Source: Alphaproteobacteria bacterium (GTDB taxonomy: Bacteria; Pseudomonadota; Alphaproteobacteria; SP197). From it: a DNA stretch of 64,000 bases. Numbering within the stretch: position 1 is the first letter of the stretch; each line of letters begins with the position of its first letter. The stretch lies in NCBI GenBank assembly GCA_965200215.1, contig OZ241369.1:2121534-2185533 (forward strand). Direction: 5' to 3'. Shown in pieces: positions 57,502 to 64,000 of this stretch. The notes beneath the pieces are model-generated. The model saw nothing but the letters and a program-made list of their open reading frames with translations. It was not told the origin of the DNA and ran no database searches. Position numbers and translations under genes: made by a program.

Positions 57502-59298
57502 CTATCGTATCTCGCTTCGCACCGACGTCAGGTCGCCGAACGGGTCGCCGGCGCGCAGCCGACGATGCGCCGCGCCATCGTCCTTCAGATAGCGGTCGAA
57601 CCATGTCAGCGCATACCAGTCGCGGATCAGATGGGGCAGATAGACGTCGCCCTGCCCGTCGATCCCGGCCCAGCCGAGCTGGACATAGGCTTCCCCTTGC
57701 CCTCCAGCGGAAGGCGGGGCGAAAGCGCGCTCTCCCGTCCGTTTGCGGCGGCGCTCCGGGGTCAGGGCGAAGGACAGTTCGCCGCGCTGGAACGCCGGCC
57801 AGGGGAAGAGGCGCGCGAAATCTTCGACGATCGTGGAATGGTCCGTGTCGCGCACGATCACGAACATCCGGTCGGCCATGGCGCGCTGCCAGCTGCTCAA
57901 GGCGACGGGCTGCGGGTTGTTCATGCGCTCCGGCGCGGCGCGCTCGGCCGCCAGCGGAAAGGCATCGGCGACGTCGCCGCCGGCCGCCGCCACCGCCGAC
58001 TGGAAGAGGCCGATGAACACCCCCTGCACGAAATCGTCCTCGTCGCCGACCATGATCAGCAGCGGCTTGCGGCTGCCCGCCGGCAGGCCGTCCGCCGTCT
58101 CGCCCGCCCCGAACATCTCCTGGGGCGTCCAGGCGAAGGGCGGCCCGTTGTTGAAGGCCAGGGCCGCCGCCACCCCCGGCAGATGGTTGGCGGCCAGCTG
58201 CGCCGTCATCGCGCCCAGGGAATGGCCGGCGATGCCGACGCGATCCCCATCGATGCGGCCCGCCAGCAGGCCGCACAGCTCGCGGGCGGCGGCGGTCGCG
58301 CCCATGGCGGCCAGCGACGCCCGGCACGAATCCTCCGGCGCGCCCAGCAGGCGGACGCTGTGCAGCACCAGCCCCGCGTCCGCGACCCGTTGGCGGAGCA
58401 GGTTGCGCATCATGGCCCCGGCGCGCGTCACGCCGCCGGGAACGATGGCGGCCGTCGCCGGATCGAAGCCCTCCGGCGGCGCGAATCCGCGTCCCTCCCG
58501 CCCGAACAGCAGGCGGTAGAAATAGGGCATGACCTTGATCTCGCCCAGGATCGTCGCATAGGCCTGCCGCAGTTCCACCTCCGAGGCCTGCCGCGCGAAT
58601 GGCGAGTCGGGATCGTGGAAGACCAGGGGCAGGCTGCCGTCGGAGACGAAGGTGGGGGCCGCGACCACATAGCCGTGGGAGGCGAGGAACTCGGCCAGGG
58701 AAACCCACAGGGCGTGATTGCCGGCGAGGCCGTGCGCCAGCAGGATCAGGGGAAAGCTGCCGTCGGCAGGCAGCGCGTCCACCCAGGCGGCCATGGGGGC
58801 ATCGAGGATGCGCCGCCCGATGTCGGCGGACGCCTCCTCCGCCACCGCCCCGGCGGCTTCGGCCAGGGTGCCGCCGCCGCGCAGGTGGATGAATTGCGGC
58901 AGCCCCCCCTGGACGGCGGCCCCGATCTGCGGCGCCAGATCGGTGTCGCGGAAGAAGAGGTCGAAGTGGTTCGCGGGCCGGCCGCTGGCCGCCGGGGGCG
59001 GGGAGCGCAGCCCGGCCGGCCGCGCTCCGCCGGGCGTCGCCGGATACCACAGCTGGAATACGACCGTGCGGGTCTGCCCGCTGGCCTCGATGCGGCGCAG
59101 CAGGGCGCGGTATGCGGGGGTGCCGTAGGTGCCGTTCCAGGGGTCGAAACGCTGGCGGTTGTCGACCGCGAAAGCGGTGAGCGTCCCCACCGCATAGCCG
59201 CCGGCGGCGGTGGCGGGTGGCAGCTCCCGCAGCTGCGCCGCCGCCGGTGGCATGGCGGCCAGCATCAGGGCCGCCAGCAGCGCCGCGCGGTGCCACAT
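57502..59298 (-). CDS. Secreted alpha/beta hydrolase (PAF-acetylhydrolase / lipase-like)
   Basis: Signal peptide AALLAALMLAAMPPAAAQ and the nucleophile elbow GIAGHSLGAMTA (GxSxG). ~599 aa from ATG 59298. The alternative-frame ORFs 57230-59296 and 57274-59514 were rejected. Confidence 0.7.
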   Translation of the reverse strand: MWHRAALLAALMLAAMPPAAAQLRELPPATAAGGYAVGTLTAFAVDNRQRFDPWNGTYGTPAYRALLRRIEASGQTRTVVFQLWYPATPGGARPAGLRSPPPAASGRPANHFDLFFRDTDLAPQIGAAVQGGLPQFIHLRGGGTLAEAAGAVAEEASADIGRRILDAPMAAWVDALPADGSFPLILLAHGLAGNHALWVSLAEFLASHGYVVAAPTFVSDGSLPLVFHDPDSPFARQASEVELRQAYATILGEIKVMPYFYRLLFGREGRGFAPPEGFDPATAAIVPGGVTRAGAMMRNLLRQRVADAGLVLHSVRLLGAPEDSCRASLAAMGATAAARELCGLLAGRIDGDRVGIAGHSLGAMTAQLAANHLPGVAAALAFNNGPPFAWTPQEMFGAGETADGLPAGSRKPLLIMVGDEDDFVQGVFIGLFQSAVAAAGGDVADAFPLAAERAAPERMNNPQPVALSSWQRAMADRMFVIVRDTDHSTIVEDFARLFPWPAFQRGELSFALTPERRRKRTGERAFAPPSAGGQGEAYVQLGWAGIDGQGDVYLPHLIRDWYALTWFDRYLKDDGAAHRRLRAGDPFGDLTSVRSEIR

Positions 59299-59571
59299 CC
59301 GGGCGCCTCCGCCCCGCGCCGGGGCGGCGCCGTCATCGTCCTGCCATGTCGTCATCGCTCCTCTCTCGTGGCGGTCGCGGCGGCGGCTCCCCGCGCCCGT
59401 CATGCACGAGAGGCGGCGGGGCGATCAAGGGTTTTCGCAACGCCGCGCCCCGGCGCGGGATGCCGGGGCGGGCCTGCCGCCGCCGCCATGGCGCCGGCGG
59501 CGGCGGCGGGCTAGACTGGGCGCTGCCGCTTCGATCCGGGAGGGTTTCGCCGGGCCGGCCGGGAAGGCGCG

Positions 59572-59994
59572 ATGACGTCACGCATCGAACAGGCCTGCAT
59601 CGACAAGGGCCTGAAAATGACCGGGCAACGGCGCGTGGTCGCGCAGGTGCTGTCGGATGCCGACGACCACCCCGATGTCGAGGAGGTCTATCGCCGCGCT
59701 TCGCTGATCGACGAACGCATCAGCCTGGCCACGGTCTATCGCACGCTGCGCCTGTTCGAGGATTCCGCGATCATCCAGAGCCACGATTTCGGCGGCGGCC
59801 GTGCGCGCTACGAGGCGGCCGAGAGTGACGAGCATCACGACCACCTGATCGACGTGGACACGGGCGAGGTGGTCGAATTCTACGACGAGGAGCTCGAGGC
59901 GCTGCAGGAGAGGATCGCGCGGCGGCTCGGCTTCCGCCTGGTCGATCACCGCATGGAACTCTACGGCAAGCCGCTGAAGCCGCGCCGGGGCTGA
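59572..59994 (+). CDS. Fur-family transcriptional regulator (Fur/Zur/Irr-like)
   Basis: 140 aa with a winged-helix N-terminus and an HHDH metal-binding motif. Confidence 0.8.
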   Translation: MTSRIEQACIDKGLKMTGQRRVVAQVLSDADDHPDVEEVYRRASLIDERISLATVYRTLRLFEDSAIIQSHDFGGGRARYEAAESDEHHDHLIDVDTGEVVEFYDEELEALQERIARRLGFRLVDHRMELYGKPLKPRRG

Positions 59995-60055
59995 CGGGGG
60001 CGTGGGCGGGGCGAGCGGGACCGGGGCCGAGAGGCCGCCGCTGGAGACGGGCATC

Positions 60056-60850
60056 ATGCTGGGCCCGCTGGAGCTGCGCCTGGCGCGCGACGAAAGCGAG
60101 CTGCACGCCGCCCAGCGCCTGCGCTACCGCGTCTTCTACGAGGAGATGCGGGCGCGCCCGATCGGCTCCATGGCGGCCGAGCGGCGCGATTTCGACGCCT
60201 TCGACGACATCTGCGACCATCTCATCGTGCGCGACACCAAGCGCAGCGGCGATGAGGCCATCGTCGGCACCTACCGACTGCTGCGCCGTTCGGTGGCGCA
60301 GCGCCATGGCGGCTTCTACACGGCCGGCGAATACGACATCGCCAGGCTGCTGGCGGTGGAGGGCGAGCTGGTGGAGCTGGGCCGCAGCTGCGTCGACATG
60401 AACTACCGTGCCGGGGCCGCCGCCCAGGCGCTGCTGCGCGGGCTGGGCGCCTATGCGGTGCAGCACGACATCCGCATCATGTTCGGCTGCGCCAGCCTGC
60501 ACGGCACCGATCCCGACCAGCTGGCGCTGCCGCTCTCCTATCTCGCCTATCATCTCGCCGCCCCGGAGGCGCTGCGCCCGCGGGCGCTGGAAGATCTCTA
60601 TGTCGATATGGCGCGGCTGGCCTTCGACGAGGTCGATCCCGGCGAGGGCCGCGCCAGCCTGCCGCCGCTCGTCAAGGCCTATGCCCGCGCCGGCTGCCGC
60701 TTCGGCGACGGGGCGGTGATCGATCGCCAGTTCAACACCACCGACGTCTGCGTGGTGCTGGACATGGCCTCGATCGAGAACCGCTATGCCAGCCGCTATC
60801 GCGGCGAGGAGCTGGACGACGACCTGGGCACCGGCCCCGGCGGGGCATGA
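60056..60850 (+). CDS. olsB: Ornithine-acyl-ACP N-acyltransferase OlsB (GNAT-like)
   Basis: LRYRVFYEEM... motif characteristic of OlsB. It overlaps the downstream acyltransferase gene. Confidence 0.8.
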   Translation: MLGPLELRLARDESELHAAQRLRYRVFYEEMRARPIGSMAAERRDFDAFDDICDHLIVRDTKRSGDEAIVGTYRLLRRSVAQRHGGFYTAGEYDIARLLAVEGELVELGRSCVDMNYRAGAAAQALLRGLGAYAVQHDIRIMFGCASLHGTDPDQLALPLSYLAYHLAAPEALRPRALEDLYVDMARLAFDEVDPGEGRASLPPLVKAYARAGCRFGDGAVIDRQFNTTDVCVVLDMASIENRYASRYRGEELDDDLGTGPGGA

Positions 60851-61674
60851 CCGCCGTCGCCGCCATCCGCGCCCTGCTCTATCTCGGCTGGACCTTCCTG
60901 TGCCTGCCGGCGCAGGCGGCGCTGATCCTTTTCGGCGCCCGGGCGAGCCACACCCTGCCCCAGATCTACCACCGCGTCGTGCTCGATATCCTGGGCCTTC
61001 GCCTCGATGTGCGCGGCCGGCCGGAACGCCGCCGCCCCTGCATCTTCGCAGCCAACCACAGCTCCTATCTCGACATCGAGGTGCTGGGGGCGCTGATCCG
61101 GGGCAGCTTCGTCGCCAAGGCGGAGATCCGCGACTGGCCCTTCTTCGGCCTTCTGGCGCGGCTGCAACGCACGGTGTTCGTGGACCGGCGCCCGAGCCAG
61201 GCCGGACGGCACCGCAGCGCCATCGAGCGGCGCCTGGAGGCCGGCGAGCGGCTGATCCTGTTTCCCGAAGGCACCACCGGCGACGGCAACCGGGTGCTGC
61301 CCTTCAAACGCGCCCTGTTCGCCGCCGCCCGCCACGGCGGGCGCAGCGTCGCCGTGCAGCCGGTCTCGATCGCCTATGCCCGCTTCTCCAACCTGCCGAT
61401 GGATCGCGAGCTGCGGCCCTGTTACGCGTGGTATGGGGATATGGAACTGCTGCCCCATGTCTGGCAGATGCTGAAGGCGGGGGTGGCGACGGTGGTGGTG
61501 CAATTCCATCCTGCGCTCACCATCGAGGAGGCCGGCGGCGACCGGCGGCAGCTGGCCGAGCGCTGCCAGGAAGCGGTGGCCGACGGTGTGGCGGCGGCCT
61601 TGGCCGGACGCCTGCCGCCCCGCCGCCGCCGTTTCGCCAGGGCGGTGCGCCTGCGGTCCGGTGCCGAGCGCTGA
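60847..61674 (+). CDS. olsA: Lyso-ornithine lipid O-acyltransferase OlsA (1-acyl-sn-glycerol-3-phosphate acyltransferase family)
   Basis: Acyltransferase HX4D motif (ANHSSYLD) and FPEGTT motif, translationally coupled to olsB. Confidence 0.8.
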   Translation: MTAVAAIRALLYLGWTFLCLPAQAALILFGARASHTLPQIYHRVVLDILGLRLDVRGRPERRRPCIFAANHSSYLDIEVLGALIRGSFVAKAEIRDWPFFGLLARLQRTVFVDRRPSQAGRHRSAIERRLEAGERLILFPEGTTGDGNRVLPFKRALFAAARHGGRSVAVQPVSIAYARFSNLPMDRELRPCYAWYGDMELLPHVWQMLKAGVATVVVQFHPALTIEEAGGDRRQLAERCQEAVADGVAAALAGRLPPRRRRFARAVRLRSGAER

Positions 61675-61718
61675 AGGCGGCGCTGCCGCCGCCGCTTCGG
61701 TTCGGGCGAGCCGGGGCC

Positions 61719-62708
61719 CTAGAGCAGGGTGTCGATCACGCGGTCGGGAGGCTTGTGGCCGTCGGCGAAGGTTTTGATGTTGACGATCACCTTCTCGCCC
61801 ATGTCGATGCGGCCTTCGACGGTGGCGGAACCCATATGGGGCAGCAGCACCACGTTCTCCAGGGCGAGAAGCTTCGGGTTCACCGCCGGCTCATGCTCGA
61901 AGACGTCGAGGCCGGCGCCGGCGATCTCGCCCGCCGCCAGCATGCGGGCCAGCGCCTGCTCGTCGATCACCTCGCCGCGCGCGGTGTTGACGATGACGGC
62001 GCCGGGTTTCAGCAGCTTCAGGCGGCGCGCCGACAGCAGGTGGAAGGTGGCCGGCGTGTGGGGGCAGTTGACCGAGAGGATGTCCATGCGGGCCAGCATT
62101 TGGTCGAGGCTTTCCCAATAGGTGGCATCGAGCTCCGCCTCCCGGTGCTCCGGCAGCTGGCGGCGGTTGTGGTAGTGGATCGAAAGGCCGAAACCGCGGG
62201 CGCGGCGCGCCACCGCCCGCCCGATGCGGCCCATGCCGACGATGCCGAGCCGTTTGCCCCACAAACGGTTGCCCAGCATGTGGGTGGGGCTCCAGCCCGT
62301 CCAGGCGCCGCTGCGGATCAGCCGCTCGCCCTGGCTTACCCGGCGGATCACGTCCAGGATCAGCGCCATGGTCATGTCGGCGGTGTCTTCGGTCAGCACG
62401 CCCGGCGTGTTGGTGATCGTGATGCCCCTCTCGCGCGCGGCGGCCAGTTCGATATGATCGACGCCGGTGCCGAAGTTGGCGATCAGCCGCAGGTTCCCCC
62501 CGGCCTGGGCGAGGATGCCCTTGTCGATGCGGTCCGTCAGGGTCGGCACCAGGACATCGGCCACCGCCGCCGCCTGCGCCAGTTCTTCGCGCGTCATCGG
62601 GCGGTCGTCGTCGTTGAGGCGGGTGTCGAAAAGCTCCATCATCCGCGTCTCGATGACGTCGGGCAGCTTTCGGGTCACGATGACGACGGGTTTTCTGGCT
62701 CTGGCCAT
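61719..62708 (-). CDS. D-isomer-specific 2-hydroxyacid dehydrogenase (glyoxylate/hydroxypyruvate reductase-like)
   Basis: NAD-binding GxGxxG (GIVGMGRIGRAV) and a catalytic R/E/H triad region (VNTARG, HMGSAT). Start at ATG 62708. Confidence 0.85.
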   Translation of the reverse strand: MARARKPVVIVTRKLPDVIETRMMELFDTRLNDDDRPMTREELAQAAAVADVLVPTLTDRIDKGILAQAGGNLRLIANFGTGVDHIELAAARERGITITNTPGVLTEDTADMTMALILDVIRRVSQGERLIRSGAWTGWSPTHMLGNRLWGKRLGIVGMGRIGRAVARRARGFGLSIHYHNRRQLPEHREAELDATYWESLDQMLARMDILSVNCPHTPATFHLLSARRLKLLKPGAVIVNTARGEVIDEQALARMLAAGEIAGAGLDVFEHEPAVNPKLLALENVVLLPHMGSATVEGRIDMGEKVIVNIKTFADGHKPPDRVIDTLL

Positions 62709-63255
62709 GCGTCTGCCGATTGCCTCGCTGCGGCACCGCCGCCGCCTCGCGCTCTTTAGCAAATCCGCCGTCTCGAAACAACGCGGCGCCCTGCTGGCGG
62801 CGCTGCTGCTGCTCGCCCCGCCGCCGGCGGCCGGCGAGGATCTGCCGCTGCCGCGCTTCGCCTCGCTGAAGGCCGACGAGGTCTATATGCGCGCCGGGCC
62901 GGGCCAGGCCTATGCGGTCTCCTGGGTGTTCCAGCGGCGCGGTCTGCCGGTGGAGATCGTCAAGCAGTTCGAACAGTGGCGCTATGTTCGCGACATCGAA
63001 GGCGCCGAGGGCTGGGTGCACCGGGTGATGCTTTCGTCCTCGCGCACGGTGATCGTCGCCGCCACCGCGCCCGTCACCGCCCGCGAGGCGCCGGACGCGG
63101 AGGACGCGCCCGTCTTCCGCGTCGCGCCGGGCGTGCCGGGCGAGCTGATCGCCTGCGACGGCGCCTGGTGCCGCGTCCGCATCCGGGGCGTGAAGGGCTG
63201 GCTGCCCATGTCCAGCCTGTGGGGCGTCTATCCCGCCGACGGCGCCCCGCCATAG
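62707..63255 (+). CDS. SH3 domain-containing periplasmic protein
   Basis: Signal peptide LLAALLLLAPPPAAG and a bacterial SH3-like region (EVYMRAGPGQAY...GWVH). The start is uncertain: the first in-frame ATG overlaps the divergent gene, so the true start probably lies downstream. Confidence 0.6.
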   Translation: MRLPIASLRHRRRLALFSKSAVSKQRGALLAALLLLAPPPAAGEDLPLPRFASLKADEVYMRAGPGQAYAVSWVFQRRGLPVEIVKQFEQWRYVRDIEGAEGWVHRVMLSSSRTVIVAATAPVTAREAPDAEDAPVFRVAPGVPGELIACDGAWCRVRIRGVKGWLPMSSLWGVYPADGAPP

Positions 63256-63358
63256 AGGCGCGCCCCGCGGACGCTTGCGGAAGGAGGGAGTTCCGACCTA
63301 TACAGCCCGCCGCCCGCGAGGCGGGACCCGACGAGCTTTGCGACCGGGGCGGAAATCG

Positions 63359-63775
63359 ATGGCCGTCAGACTTCCCAGGGGCTATCGGCCCAAGGAAAAC
63401 GAGCCGTTCATGAACGCCAGGCAGAAGGAGTATTTCCGCCGCAAGCTGAACGCCTGGCGCGACGAGCTGCAGCAGGATTCGTCCGAGACCGTCCGCCATC
63501 TGCAGCAGGACACCGCCGCCGAGCCGGATCTGGCGGACCGAGCCACGACCGAGACCGACCGCGCCATCGAACTGCGCACCCGCGATCGCGAGCGCAAGCT
63601 GATCTCCAAGATCGACGAGGCGCTGCGGCGCCTCGAGGAAGGCACCTACGGCTATTGCGAGGAAACCGGCGAGCCGATCGGCATCAGGAGGCTGGAAGCG
63701 CGCCCGACCGCCACCTTGAGCCTGGAAGCGCAGGAACGCCACGAGCGTCGCGAGCGGGTCTATCGCGGCGACTGA
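63359..63775 (+). CDS. dksA: RNA polymerase-binding transcription factor DksA
   Basis: 138 aa with a coiled-coil carrying the conserved DxxDxA tip ([11 protein letters not shown]) and a C-terminal [22 protein letters not shown]. Confidence 0.85.
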   Translation: MAVRLPRGYRPKENEPFMNARQKEYFRRKLNAWRDELQQDSSETVRHLQQDTAAEPDLADRATTETDRAIELRTRDRERKLISKIDEALRRLEEGTYGYCEETGEPIGIRRLEARPTATLSLEAQERHERRERVYRGD

Positions 63776-63858
63776 GGAACCGGGTTGCGCACAGGCCGCG
63801 TCCATTGCGCCGTCCGTCCCGCCGTGGAATAAGGCTGTGCTGCGGCGCGGGGGAACGG

Positions 63859-64000
63859 ATGGAACGGGATAAGGCACTGAACGCGGCCCTGGGCCAGATC
63901 GAGCGGGCCTTCGGCAGGGGCTCGATCATGCGGCTGGGCCAGCGCGATCGGGCGGTGGAGATCGAGGCGGTTTCCACCGGCTCGCTGGGCCTCGATATAG
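63859..64000 (+). CDS. recA: Recombinase RecA (5' partial, truncated by window end)
   Basis: N-terminus [47 protein letters not shown] matches the conserved RecA start. Confidence 0.85.
   Translation, partial: MERDKALNAALGQIERAFGRGSIMRLGQRDRAVEIEAVSTGSLGLDI

Noticed and set aside
57230-59514. Alternative long ORFs 57230-59296 (minus) and 57274-59514 (plus) overlapping the alpha/beta hydrolase gene.
   Set aside because: The minus-strand frame 57502-59403 carries a signal peptide and a GHSLG nucleophile elbow. The other two frames are low-complexity Arg/Gly/Ala-rich.
1-64000. Search for cas genes (cas1, cas2, cas3, cas10, cas6, cas9, cas12) near the array.
   Set aside because: No ORF in the window has recognisable Cas motifs. 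The nearest genes downstream are metabolic. The cas operon, if present, must be upstream of the window, so I did not call the array orphan.

Overview
This is a 64-kb window of very high GC content (roughly 68-70%) from what is probably an alphaproteobacterial chromosome. The guess rests on gene content only: olsBA, the phoR-pstSCAB-phoU-phoB layout and an Irr/Fur-like regulator.

The first 9.55 kb is one uninterrupted CRISPR array, cut off at the window start. By direct count it has 129 repeats: 128 canonical copies, two of which have a G at position 1, plus one degenerate terminal copy. The repeat is 37 nt (CCTTTCCGGGGCATAACAGCCTCGGCCTCATTGAAGC). There are 128 full spacers of 35-42 nt and one partial spacer. 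The degenerate repeat at 9516-9552 marks the trailer end, so the leader and any cas genes must lie upstream of coordinate 1; I found no cas gene anywhere in the window. The spacer content suggests ongoing adaptation: pairs of spacers derive from diverged copies of the same protospacer, one pair overlaps on opposite strands, and some spacers are AT-rich in a GC-rich host.

The array trailer sits 154 nt upstream of soxB (sarcosine oxidase beta). soxB is separated from soxDAG (28176-32209) by a ~17-kb block. That block holds an ADP-forming acyl-CoA synthetase, a crotonase, an MBL hydrolase and a His-rich protein in one apparent operon, then maeB, a complete phoR-pstSCAB-phoU-phoB phosphate regulon with a candidate Pho box, a HIT protein and a GT2 glycosyltransferase.

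The rest of the window is mostly housekeeping: rplM-rpsI, argC, phaC, hom, glpX, recJ, tRNA-Glu(UUC), an MFS transporter, a UbiH-family monooxygenase, an aminotransferase, ftsK, TauE, USP, NifU, cell-wall enzymes, Fur-family regulator, olsBA (ornithine lipid), a 2-hydroxyacid dehydrogenase, dksA and the recA 5' end. Unexplained items that stood out:
- a dispersed family of tandem ~30-nt palindromic (REP-like) elements at three loci, one copy set lying in-frame in the 5' end of phoB;
- a 36-nt in-frame tandem repeat at the 5' end of soxG encoding His/Cys-rich peptide repeats;
- a low-GC (~58%) island carrying an unassignable 219-aa ORF;
- a J-domain/coiled-coil protein translationally coupled to a stand-alone HIRAN-domain protein, between recJ and the tRNA-Glu gene.

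All coordinates are anchored to the supplied ORF track. Start codons of several genes (phoR, pstC, phoB, SH3 protein, polysaccharide deacetylase) remain uncertain.
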